Part shown: piece after piece, positions 47,419-58,419 of the stretch
Layout: each line of letters opens with the position of its first letter
How positions within the stretch are numbered: position 1 is the first letter of the stretch
DNA from: Lepidodermella squamata
Lineage: Eukaryota; Animalia; Gastrotricha
DNA length: 64,000 bases
Assembly: GCA_047495785.1 (NCBI GenBank)
Contig: JBLDXI010000003.1
Coordinates: forward strand, 1,302,001 to 1,366,000
Direction: 5' to 3'
The notes under the pieces: model-generated
Seen by the model: the letters and a program-made list of their open reading frames with translations, nothing else
What the model was told of the DNA's origin: nothing
Databases searched by the model: none
Translations under genes and position numbers: made by a program

Positions 47419-48322
47419 TAGAAATCGAGCTCCAAAAATTAACTGTATTTTATGAATAATAATTCGGGATTAAGGAATAAAAATCGAAGATGAACAAAGC
47501 TATTGCGTTTTTTTGAAAATTGTAAAGCAAACCGATATTCAAGTCTTTTTAGCTGGTTCTGCGCTCATCATGATTTTTCCGGAGATCAGTTGAGCATAAA
47601 GCTCTTATAATCCCAACGTCCAAATTGATCCTACTAGTTTTTTTGACAGTCCTAGGCCAACTATGTATTTCAGCTGAAACATGCTTTCGAGTTGAGATCG
47701 TAGGTACGACCAGCACAATTTTCGACTTGAGCAACACTAAGGTATCACGGTTACGCCCTGAGCTCTGAGCTCTGAGAGATCATAGGAATCAGCTTTAGGA
47801 AGGGGGCCCTACCTATGATATATGGACTGTCCCGGCGCAAATGTTGGACTCGGCATACAATTGACTTTTGAGTGGAAGAAAAATCAGCTATTTCGGAGTT
47901 CGGAGGACTTTCGACTTTTCAATATACGATATAGCTTGAGATTTGAGATATTCATGCTTTTGCTCCATCGTGTTGCCATGAAATTGCCATGAAATTGCCA
48001 AGGAGAAGCCTGATTTGACAAATGAATTCGTGGAGACGTGGGGAAAATTGTACAATAAATGTGGATTATTTCCCGGACATTCCGAATTCCATCCAGTTTA
48101 TTTATTATTAATCTTAAGAAATATTTCGCATTATTTTTAAAGAAATTAGCTACAAGCTACACATTCCTGAGCATTCGCAATAAAAAATGAGATTAAGGCA
48201 GAAATTCCGGCATCGTTTTTGCTAACAAAACCCTCCGCTTTTTCTTGAAGAATGAAGAATGTTTCACGAAGGATTAACTGCAGCATTGAATTGTATCAAA
48301 TTGTATCACTCTTATGTGAAAT

Positions 48323-48394
48323 ATGCGTGGTTTCAATAAAACACGGAGCAACGGTGAAAAAAATGCTGTGAATTCCATCAGCGCCCTATTTAAA
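48323..48394 (+). promoter_or_regulatory. Conserved proximal promoter of the secreted ankyrin genes (ATGCGTGGTTTCA, CACGGAGC, TATTTAAA)
   Basis: The same ordered motifs lie upstream of all three paralogs (also 51157-51237 minus strand and 55144-55219) while intervening DNA diverges. Confidence 0.6.
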
Positions 48395-48455
48395 GGCGAG
48401 GCATTGTCCGAAAGTTCTGCCTCAAGCATCAACAAGCAAATTCAACTTGTTCACA

Positions 48456-49367
48456 ATGTTCTTCAAATTGTCCGTTTTCCTAGCTTGCAGTTGCAGCATT
48501 GCAGCTGCTGGATATCTGAGCCCTATTCGGGGTAATTCACGACTGTCAAAGCATAACAACAATGTTGCAGCAGACTGGGTAAGTCAAATGCTGAATAATT
48601 TCGATTGTTGTTTACTTACGCGTTCTCATCAGCTCACTTGGGATTTGCAAGAGCCACTTGCATGCCGATGCAATAGTACGGTCAAGAAGTTCTCGTCACA
48701 AATGATCGAAAGTGCGCGAACAGGAAACGAACCAGATGTGAAGCGTCTGCTCAACGAAGAATGCGCCGACCCGAACAGCCGATATTTTGGCAACGGCTAC
48801 ACCGCTCTGATGTGGGCTGCCTCCAACGGCCGCCTCCAATCTCTTAGGCGATTGATTGCCTGCAATGCTAATTTGGAAGAAATCACCTCAGACAAGTCAA
48901 CAGCCCTCATTCTCGCTGCGGGCAACGGGAATATCAGAAGCGTCCGGGTTCTCTTGGAAGCAGGCGCGAATGTCAATGCAAGGAATGTACAAGGATCCAG
49001 CCCGTTACTGAGCGCAGCCGAGCGTGGTTTCACGGACGTTGTTAATCTTCTGATTGATAGCGGAGCCGACACAACTGCTCGAGATGTCTTCGGAAACACT
49101 GCTTTGATTTTGGCGGCCAGGGGCAATTACGTGGAAATCGTGAAGATCCTGCTGAAGTCTGGAACCACCGTTGATCTGACCAATAAACGCCGGGAGACTG
49201 CCTTAATTGTAGCTGCAAAAAACAATAATTACGATGTTGTAAAGTTGCTGTTATGGGAGGCGCATGCTGATACTTCGGCCCGAGATGAAAATGGAAAAAC
49301 TGCGGCTTCAGCAGCTCTTGAGAGCGGTTACGGCGAAACCTATGACCTGCTTAATAATTGCTGTTAG
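48456..49367 (+). CDS. Secreted ankyrin-repeat protein 1; exons 48456-48578, 48633-49367
   Basis: Signal peptide MFFKLSVFLACSCSIAAA; about 6-7 ankyrin repeats (TALMWAA, TALILAA, SPLLSAA); intron position shared with paralogs. Confidence 0.88.
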   Translation: MFFKLSVFLACSCSIAAAGYLSPIRGNSRLSKHNNNVAADWVSQMLNNFDCCLLTRSHQLTWDLQEPLACRCNSTVKKFSSQMIESARTGNEPDVKRLLNEECADPNSRYFGNGYTALMWAASNGRLQSLRRLIACNANLEEITSDKSTALILAAGNGNIRSVRVLLEAGANVNARNVQGSSPLLSAAERGFTDVVNLLIDSGADTTARDVFGNTALILAARGNYVEIVKILLKSGTTVDLTNKRRETALIVAAKNNNYDVVKLLLWEAHADTSARDENGKTAASAALESGYGETYDLLNNCC

Positions 49368-50186
49368 TAGCACTCAGCGTTTGGCGGCAAGCATAAATTT
49401 GGTAACCACTTCTATTCATCTGAGCATTAGTAAACTTCATAGTATCCTTTTTCATTCAAACATCTGAAATACTATTTTGTCGAAAAGTTCGTAATAAACC
49501 AATCGACAATAATTAAAAGAGGTGCAAATCGAAAATCTTATAATTCATCAAAAATCCGGCTGTACAAGGTTAGCAGTCATTTTCCACCATAGCGGTTTAA
49601 AATTTGGCTTCAGGAGAAAAGAGGAACGAACTCGAGATCGTGAGAGATCGATGACCAGGACACGGCCATCAACGTGAAACGGGACTAAGATATCTTACAC
49701 ATGTTTGAAATAGCGAGAAGTTACATCACTTGGTTCGACCTGTAGGGGCAACTAGTTGGTTGGTTGGCTGACCGTAACGAAGCCCGAGAGTCCATTCATC
49801 GTAGCGGGCGGGGTCATAATACGCCTCTGGTCATTCTAAGCTGAACCTGTGTCCTGTGTTTGCTGAGCTCGAGATAAAGTTCAAAGTCAAGTTACCGTTA
49901 CTGTATAAGTGTCATTTCTCGAAAGCTTACCAGCTCTATTTCAGTCGATGAATCAGAAAACGTAGAGCTTAAAACTAACTGTCGTAACTGTCGGTAAAAT
50001 TAAATAAAAGCTATCTCCATCCATCTTACTCATTAGATTGAAGTCTTTGAAAGCAGAAATATTTGGGTCGGAATGTAGTGTTATCAAATAAATACTTTCC
50101 CGATGAAACAATGTCTTTTCTATTTTATTATGATTTTCCCTCGGTTCTGAAGGCGTCAAATAACTGTTTGAAGCTAATGCTGGCGG

Positions 50187-51098
50187 TTAATAGATGTTGA
50201 TGAGTAACGCAGAAGTATCCATGTAGCCGTAATCTAGAGCTGCTGACGCTGCGCTCTTCCCATTTTCATCACGGGGCGAATCACTAGCTTGCGCTTCCCC
50301 AAAAAGCATCTTCACCATGTCGTAGTTGTCGTTTTTCGCAGCCACGATTAAGGCGGTCTCCCGTCGCTTATTGGTCAGATCAACATTGATTCCAGACTTC
50401 AGCAAGATCCTCGCTATATCAACGTGATATCCCCTGGCCGCCAGAATCAAAGCCGTATTTCCATAGACATCTCGAGCAGTTGTGTCAGCGCCGCTATCAA
50501 CCAGGAGACTAACAACGTCCGTGAAACCCCGCTCGGCTGCGCTAAGTAACGGACTGGATCCCAGTGAATTCCTAGCATTCACATTCGCACCTGCTTCCAA
50601 TAGAACCCTGACACTTCTGATGTTACCGTTGCCCGCAGCGAGAATGAGTGCTGTCGATTGATCGGAGCCCAAGTCTTCTAAATTGGCATTGCAGGCAATC
50701 AGTCGCCTAACAGACTGTAAGCGGCCATTATGAGCGGCCCACATAAGGGCGGTCCAGCCGTTGCTGAAATACCGGCTGTTCGGGTCAGCGCAATCATTCA
50801 GCAGCTGTCGCACGCCCGATTCGTTACCAACTCGCGCACTCTCGATCAACTGTGACGAGAACTTCTTGATCGTCTTATTGCACTGGCATGCGAGGAGTTC
50901 TTCCAAGTCCCAAGAAAGCTGATGAAAACGCGAAAATTAGCAAACATAATCCTGACCAGGCTATGTATAACTTACCCAATCTGCCGTCACATTGTTTGCA
51001 CGTTTCAAATGTCTTGCATTGTTACGGAAAGGGCTCAGATAACCTGCTGCTACAATGCCGCAACTACAGGCCAGTAAAATAAACAGTTTGAGGAACAT
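50187..51098 (-). CDS. Secreted ankyrin-repeat protein 2; exons 51098-50976, 50918-50187
   Basis: Paralog of 48456; signal-peptide exon ending ADW|GT. Confidence 0.87.
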
Positions 51099-52032
51099 AT
51101 CTGAAAACTAGGCAACGTAAGAGTTTACAATTTCCAGCAACGCCTAACCCCACACCTTTAAATAGCGCGTTGATGGCATTCAAAATATTTGAAAAGTATT
51201 TGACACCATGGCTCCGTGCTCAGCTGAAACCACGCATGCTGCATAGTAAAAATCCTCGTGATATACTCTAATGCAGCAGTGAGTCCTCCGTGCTACTATA
51301 GAAGAGGCTTATGGAATGCAGGAATTTTTGCTTGGAACAAAACTCTCAAGAATTTTTGCTACCTTTATTGGAAACTAACGATCTTTCCATAGTCTATCTT
51401 TCCATCTTACAAACAAAATGTAAAAACTTCCAATTTTCGTTGATGGTTCCATCAGAGAGGTGATATTACAACGAACAGGCTGCTAATTTTATCAAATTGA
51501 TTACTGTTTGCTCGGCGCCATCGTTTACAGCCCCCGTTAGCTGTCTCCTTCGATAATTGCACGGCCCCATAACGCGGAGCACTGTAACTGCTTTTGTATC
51601 AGCTCTTCCAGCTGGAATGTCTGCCTCCTATGGCACAGTCTGCAAGGTACTTGCCCAGGGGCTGCTATAGTCGAAAGGGGCCACCAGTAAATAGTGAAAA
51701 GTTCGGTTTTACTAAGAAGTTTAGAAATATTTCTGGGCCTTCATTCGTCGCTATGCTTTTTGAAACCTTTCCGATTAGGCAGATGAGCGTATTTCGCTTT
51801 TTTATCTCACTTTACTGCAAATTTGCTCGATCTGCTCGCTGTATCATCATCTATAACTTTATATGCCATTATTACTAATCCTAGCCGATTTGTTTTGAAT
51901 AAGTATATAATGATTAATGGGGTTCGAATGATAATTATCGAGATCCGAATCCTCTTCCCTCAAGCTTCAAGTTAACTCTAAAAAGTGGAACGAGGAAAGC
52001 AAGGGGTAAGAGTAAAGGGCCTTTTAAGGATA

Positions 52033-52489
52033 CCGTATTTAGTCGTATTAAGGCCGCGGCTACTAATTTTCCTGTTTTTAGGGAACGGGGTAAAAATGCG
52101 GCGATTATTCGAATGCGGCGATTGTTTGAGTGCGGCCTTTATTTCTTCCATTTACCCGTTCTTACATTGTTACGTGACCGTTGGGGGTGTCGACACAGAT
52201 GGAGTGACCGTGAGGTAGCTGTTAGAGAGGTACTTAACTCGGATTGAGCCTACACTTCCATGCGCTCACACCAAATTCTGATAGATTACATGTCGCCTGG
52301 GTGTCTCGGGGTACTTGGGTGCCTTCGGTGTCGCGGTAGGAGAGCTAGAAACAAGGGTGTTGTTACTCGCGCGGCGATTATTCGAGTGCAGCCTTTATTG
52401 CGCGTGTTTTATTGAAATTTCATTTTTTCGCGGCGTTTAATCGTGTGCGGCCTTTATTCGGGGTGCGGCCTTTATACGACTAAATACGG
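52033..52489. mobile_element. TA-flanked MITE (pogo/Tigger-like ends)
   Basis: TA|CCGTATTTAGTCGTATTAAGGCCGC ... GCGGCCTTTATACGACTAAATACGG|TA with internal GCGGC subrepeats. Confidence 0.85.
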
Positions 52490-52779
52490 TATTCTTCGCA
52501 CTTTTCTCGCATCGCTCGCGGTAAGGATACAGTATTCCCAAATTTGCTTTTTTTGTTGGAAAGTGGAAAGCACTTTCAACGTTAACTCCAGCTACTTATA
52601 TGTTAATAAATGGCTTTTCGGAACAAAATAGATAGCACAGCAAAATTCTATTATGAAAGGAATTTTTGCTTATAGGAACACATTCCAGATAACAATCAGG
52701 ACATTGAGGAATTTGAATTAGATCATGGCTTCAAGTACCAAAAGAAACCTAGTTTTTCAGAAAAAATAATGAGTATATA

Positions 52780-54148
52780 CAGTGCACCTTTGTTATAACG
52801 AACCGGTCTTATAGCGAACTTCGATTATAACGAACAAAAATGAGTGGCACGAGCCAAACTAAGCACTTTTACATGTTGCCTGCCTCGTTTATAACGAACT
52901 TTTTATAGCGAACTTTGGGCTATAACGAAAGATTCTGGGTGGCTTGGTGGCAGCTTTAAGCGTGATATTTACATTGCTTTATAGCGAACTTGGGTCTCGC
53001 GCGCGCTCATACTCGCAAATTTCATGTATTTCATCAATTATGGGGATTCAATTTTATGATCCATTACGATTTAATCACGCTTCTGAAGAAGAAAGAACTC
53101 GGCGAGCACTTGTATGAGCATTTAGACTCTACTTCTGACCCTTCTTAAGCGAATCATCCTGAAAATTGGGGTAACGCAAATTATTTTGAATTTCCCTACT
53201 TCGTTTGTTACGAACTTTGCTTATAGCGAACTTTTTAAAGTGGCACCGTAGTGGTTCGTTATACCGAAGGTGCACTCAGGGCCGGATTAACATTCGGGTG
53301 ACCCCTGGGCACTTTCTGGTTGGCGGCCCCACTCTTCATATTTTTCCGCTAAAATTATGCTTTCATACCTGAAACCATGATCAAAGTCAGTTATCTCAAT
53401 TTCTAGATAAAATAGAGATTCCTACCATTATTTAATTTTGCTTTGGTATTTTGTTGCTACAAGCCACCCAATATTGTTACATCGCTCGAGTTGGCGTTAA
53501 TAAGTGCTTTCCATTTTCCTACAAAAGAACCGAAATTTTGGAATATTGTCACCATACCACGAGCGAAGCGGGAAATTTTCAAGATTATTCCTGAAAATAG
53601 TTTTCTCATGCAGGAAATTCCTTGCTTTTCCCGTTTCATTCTGATAGAGTAACAACATTGATGCAACTCTCAGCCATTTTTCTAAATGAGTTAACGCTTC
53701 TTCAAGATGGCTTGAACAAGTTTGTTATGGATATTATTTTCGATTCAGTCCCGGACGCCTAAAGTCAGCGCTCGTTCCGTCATTTGTACCTATTTTCATT
53801 ATGGATTGTTTATATTATAGTTTAACTGGTGCAAAAGAACGGTGAAATAATAAAGTTTGAAGTTTGAAGTTTGAAGATGAATTGAATAGGGGTAGTAACG
53901 ATGAAATAAACTGTATAATAGTTGAAGATCTAGCGAGCGAAGCGAGCACATTTTTAGCAAAGTGACATTTTTTTTGATCCGGATGCTTGGAAATGCTCTC
54001 AATTGCAAAGCTCAACGACCTAAAAAAGGCCCAAAAATCTTCCAGGAAAAAGCGAACATTTCACCACTTTCTGGCGGCCCTTTTTGACTGGCGGCCCCTG
54101 GGCACGTGCCCTCTGTGCATATGCGTTAATCCGGCCCTGGGTGCACTG
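52780..54148. mobile_element. TA-flanked MITE (outer element of a nested pair)
   Basis: TA|CAGTGCACCTTTGTTATAACGAACC ... GGTTCGTTATACCGAAGGTGCACTG|TA once the inner insert is removed; internal TTATAGCGAAC subrepeats; a related end occurs at about 23205-23238. Confidence 0.85.
53277..54139. mobile_element. hAT-type non-autonomous element nested in the right TIR of the outer MITE
   Basis: TIR CAGGGCCGGATTAAC/GTTAATCCGGCCCTG; 8-bp TSD GGTGCACT. Confidence 0.9.
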
Positions 54149-55271
54149 TAACTAGCAAGAAAGTGCCAGGGCCGGGGATCGGGGAGCGTGCGTTTCATTG
54201 CCGATCTGTTTGAATTGCATAACAAAATTAATGATATAGGTATAGGTTGGAGTTACGACTCTTCTTACTCTTCATTACTCTTACTCGGAATTCGGAGCTT
54301 GCTGGCGTGACGGATATTAAAGCGTGTCAGCGATTAAAACATGTCGAAACTGTATAACCTTCATACATACCGACTTGGAAAGCATTGCCCATTTGTTTCA
54401 ACCCAGCTGTATGTGCTAGGAAAATTTACTCGAGATGCAAAAAAGTCAATGACATGAGATGGTCGAATTTAGAGGGTCACTCAACTCCCCCAAAACGCCC
54501 TCCCTTCATAAGGAAGGGCATGATCCGTGCCCTCCAAAAATGGCCGACCAAAGCTAACCCACCGCAGATTGAACCAGGTATGTTGACATTTATTTGACGT
54601 GTCTTGTATGTCCAAAGTCCACATATAAACTATACCTAATTCCTTGACGAATTCAATCTCAATGTGTATACAGCGGTAGCTATCAGCATAGTTAAACTTA
54701 AGACATCTCTGGCTTTGTTCTTTCGTGGCGTAAATGTTTTTTTCGCTTCTCGTGATTCATCAGGCAAACTTTTGCGAAATGCTCGAAAAGCATAGTAATT
54801 ACTATACGAAAACGAGACTCTTTTATATTAATATTCACCCCCTTCCTGAATTTCTGGCTTGACAAGCGTTGAGTTAACGATGAGATCAATAGATATTCCC
54901 CGCCATTTCTTTCGAGAAAATCAAATTAGGTGTGTTCGAGATAAACTGAGTTGAAGTAGCCACCAGAAAATGCGGCGACGAAAGCAGAAAACATTGATGA
55001 ATAATTGCGGCACACATGAAAGTACTACTGTGGCAGAAGATCTCCCAATTATTTATTTACCTATGGTCTCTACTTTTTTCTTAGGACTGGAGAATTTTGC
55101 ATAATTAACTGTGGCATCAAATTGAAGCACGAAAGTAAAAAATATGCGTGGTTTCAGCACGGAGCCATGTTGCCAGAATACTTTTCAACATTTTGATTGC
55201 CCTCAACGCTATATTTAAATGCCAGCCATTTTGTTTAAGTTCAGCATCTAGCAAAAGCTTACACGTTCAGA

Positions 55272-56174
55272 ATGTTCTTCAAACTGTGTATTCTTCTAGC
55301 TTACAGTTTCAGCATCGCGGCAGCAGATGATCTGAATTCTGATCAAGGTAGTTCAGGCCTGGCAAACAATACGAGCGATGCAGATTGGGTGAGTTGAATA
55401 ATTATGGTCAATGTATGAAGATTGTTGATTTCGCGAAATTAGATTTCTGAGGGCTTGCAGGAGCCGCTTGCCTGTCGATGCAATAGGACGGCCAGGAGGT
55501 TTTCCTCACAATTGATCGAAGCTGCAAGAGCTGGCGACGAATCTGTTGTGATACAGCAGTTAAATGATTGCGCCGACCCGAACAGCCTGTATTTCAGCAA
55601 CAACTGGACCGCCCTGATGTGGGCTGCCCACAACGGTCAACGATATTGTTTGAGGCGATTGGTTGCCTGCAATGCCAGTTTAGAAGATTTGAGCTCAGAT
55701 AATTCAACAGCGCTCATTCTCGCTGCGGGCAACGGAAATCTCATAAGTGTCAGGGTTCTGCTAGAAGCAGGTGCGAATGTGAATGCGACGAATTCGCTAG
55801 GATCTACGGCGTTGCTTAGCGCAGCCGAGCGTGGTTTCACCGACGTTGTTCGTTATCTGATTGATATGGGAGCTAATGCCACTGCTCGAGATGCCAACGG
55901 AAATACTGCTCTGATTCTGGCGGCCAGGGGCAATTACGTTGACATAGGAAAGATCCTGCTGAATTCTGGTATCGATAAGAATGCGGCTAATACAAGAAAG
56001 GAGACGGCTTTGCATGCTGCTGCGATGAACGGCAATTTCGAAATGGCGAAGTTGCTGTATAAGGAAGCACATGTGCGAAACTGGGTCTATGATGTGAATG
56101 GGAAGATTCCAATAGATTACGCTGCACGTTACGGTTACAGGAATATTGTCAACATACTTAGGGACTGCTGTTGA
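55272..56174 (+). CDS. Secreted ankyrin-repeat protein 3; exons 55272-55388, 55443-56174
   Basis: Signal peptide MFFKLCILLAYSFSIAAA, same intron, ankyrin repeats, terminal CC as in copy 1. Confidence 0.87.
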
Positions 56175-56630
56175 CAGCATTCAACATTTGGCGGCAACTT
56201 TTGACTAATTATTATACATTATTAGTTCTATACTATACATCTTTTAAGGCTATATATCTAGCGAAGTGCAAGTTCGAATTCGTTCTTTTAACTTTTAATA
56301 AATGAATTATCTGATAAAGCATGCGTATCTGGGAATTTCTAAAGGAATTATACCAGGCTGTAGTAACCTGCCAAAACTGCCATGGTGGTGATCCCGGGGG
56401 CCCAAGTATTTTTGCTTCGAACTTTGTCCCTCAACCTCGAAATCCTTCAATTTGAAAAACGATTATGCTGCCTCGAAAAGATGGATTATTTGAAGTTCAG
56501 ATATGCAGTTCTACGTCAGCCTCTATTTTTTGTGTTTTCGATGTATGTAGTAACATAGCTAGATGAACGTGTAGCTGAATGAATGCTCCTCCATTGACGG
56601 GTTATCAAAATTCAAATATATACTTACATA

Positions 56631-57127
56631 ATGGCCGTCATAACGAGTGAAATCGTGGGCAAAATCTGCTTTCTTGTTCTTTCAGCTTTATTATGTAGTG
56701 GATTAACAGGTAATCCCATCTTACGCACTTTATTGCGTGGCATAACTTCCGGTTTCAGATGCCCTGACCTGCTACATTGGCCAAGGCAATGATGTAACGC
56801 AACTCAGCAAGTGCAACAACACAGGATCTTGCGTGGTAAGATTTTCTTCGCCAAAATGATATTTATTAGTGAACTGCTGCGTTTATACAGAAAATCGTTG
56901 TAAAATCGAGCAGCGAGTCTTATACCAAAGGCTGTGCGAGTTCTTGCACCCAGGCCACCACTTGCTCAAATGGCATTTGCTCCTTGGTTTACTGCTGTTC
57001 TTCTGGCGATTTATGCAACAAATCACGAAGAACAATGATAACAGATCCGATACGACAAACTTTCTTGTTTATCGCGCCATGCCTAACTATTTTCTTTCAA
57101 AGTTTTCTATCAAATAATGTCAATTAA
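56631..57127 (+). CDS. Ly6/uPAR three-finger protein (3 exons), probably GPI-anchored
   Basis: Spliced: signal | DALTCYIG..CNNTGSCV | KIVV..KGCASSC..YCCSSGDLCN + hydrophobic tail. Confidence 0.8.
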
Positions 57128-57484
57128 ATGATTTCAAAAGTCTACCATGGCGATTACTGTTGAAATGAAAAGTGTAATGCTAAAAATCGGATTCATAAGC
57201 TGGTCCCCGGTGTAATTGCATGAATCCTCAGTGTTACATAGGGCTATATGATTAAGCGAACATCACAACCTTATTCTCAAGAATATTTTCCAAATTTGTT
57301 TTCTTGATTATCGATTGAGACTTACTGAGACTTCGATTTTGGAAGAAGTTGTTCAGCTGACGCCAACACACTCATTCTTCAAGATACAAAAACTCGATAT
57401 ATCCTATCTCTGATATTCCGCAATTGGAAACAACAATTTCCAGGCCGAAAGCTTTCAGTTTTTATTGGATGAAAAAGCGCTGAC

Positions 57485-58022
57485 TTAGAAGAAAAGAATA
57501 CAATTCATGAGCAATACAGTTGCAACTCCGAGAAAGTCGCTTAACAGGAAGCGCAAACTTGAACCGAAGTTGCAGGCAGATGTGTAGCAGCTAAACAAAA
57601 CTAGAGTTACAACCGATCGTAAATAAACGAAATTTCCGACCTACCAGGCGAATTCTGCAAAAAACATTAAGATAAGAAAACCAAAATTTGAGCTGATCAT
57701 TATTTACCTGTTATGTTGTTGATGCCTTGCCTTGACCATCTTCCTGTTCCTTCTGCAACGTTATGAAAACCCAGTTTATACGCTAAGCTGCAGTGAAGAA
57801 ATGTCTACCTTTAAAGCAACCAGGCTCCAAAACACACGATCTGTTGACTTGGAACGTGACCTCACTGTTCAGAGGTGTCAGGGTGATTTTGCCGCATTTC
57901 GAAGCTTCCCCACAAGCCACCAACTGGCTCGTCGAAGGAGTCGCAGTACAATTCGTGCATTGATAGCAAAATATCGCAAATGAACCCCCGATTAACCCTA
58001 GAAACACTAGTAACGTCTGCAT
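57485..58022 (-). CDS. Ly6/uPAR three-finger protein (4 exons including a 10-nt micro-exon), probably GPI-anchored
   Basis: MQTLLVFLGLIGGSFA IFCYQCTNC..C..KC..RSC..C; splicing through 57654-57645 gives EFACCYTSACN + hydrophobic tail. Confidence 0.78.
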
Positions 58023-58419
58023 TTTCGGATGAGTCATCAAATTTAAATGTGAAATTTTTTATTTTTAGCATTATTGTTTGGTATAAACAATGTTTGAGTG
58101 CCGCATTAAAGCACAAAGTGAGAATAATAATACGAAGCCGCAACAATTTTTACCGACTTTGATAACAAGCAGTGATGAGCAACGACAACATCTTCACCAA
58201 TTAATCTTGCGCTGCAGTCGTAAATCAGGCCTATTGTTGTTGCTGCTGCTCGTTGTTGACGTTTGGCTTTGCAGGATTAGCGGCTGCTCAGGCGGCGACA
58301 TTTCAACAGTTGGGCCACCTGCGCATATCATCATCATCATCAATTTGAGTATTTCTCATGCTTGGATTAGGTCTAAGGTATGCATGCAGGCCAGGCTATG
58401 GGGTTAGTACGCGCACCTG

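Noticed and set aside
52790-53265. Recurrent TTATAGCGAAC/TTATAACGAAC motifs resembling a CRISPR-like array
   Set aside because: Short, irregularly spaced, and confined to a TIR element; these are transposon subterminal repeats.
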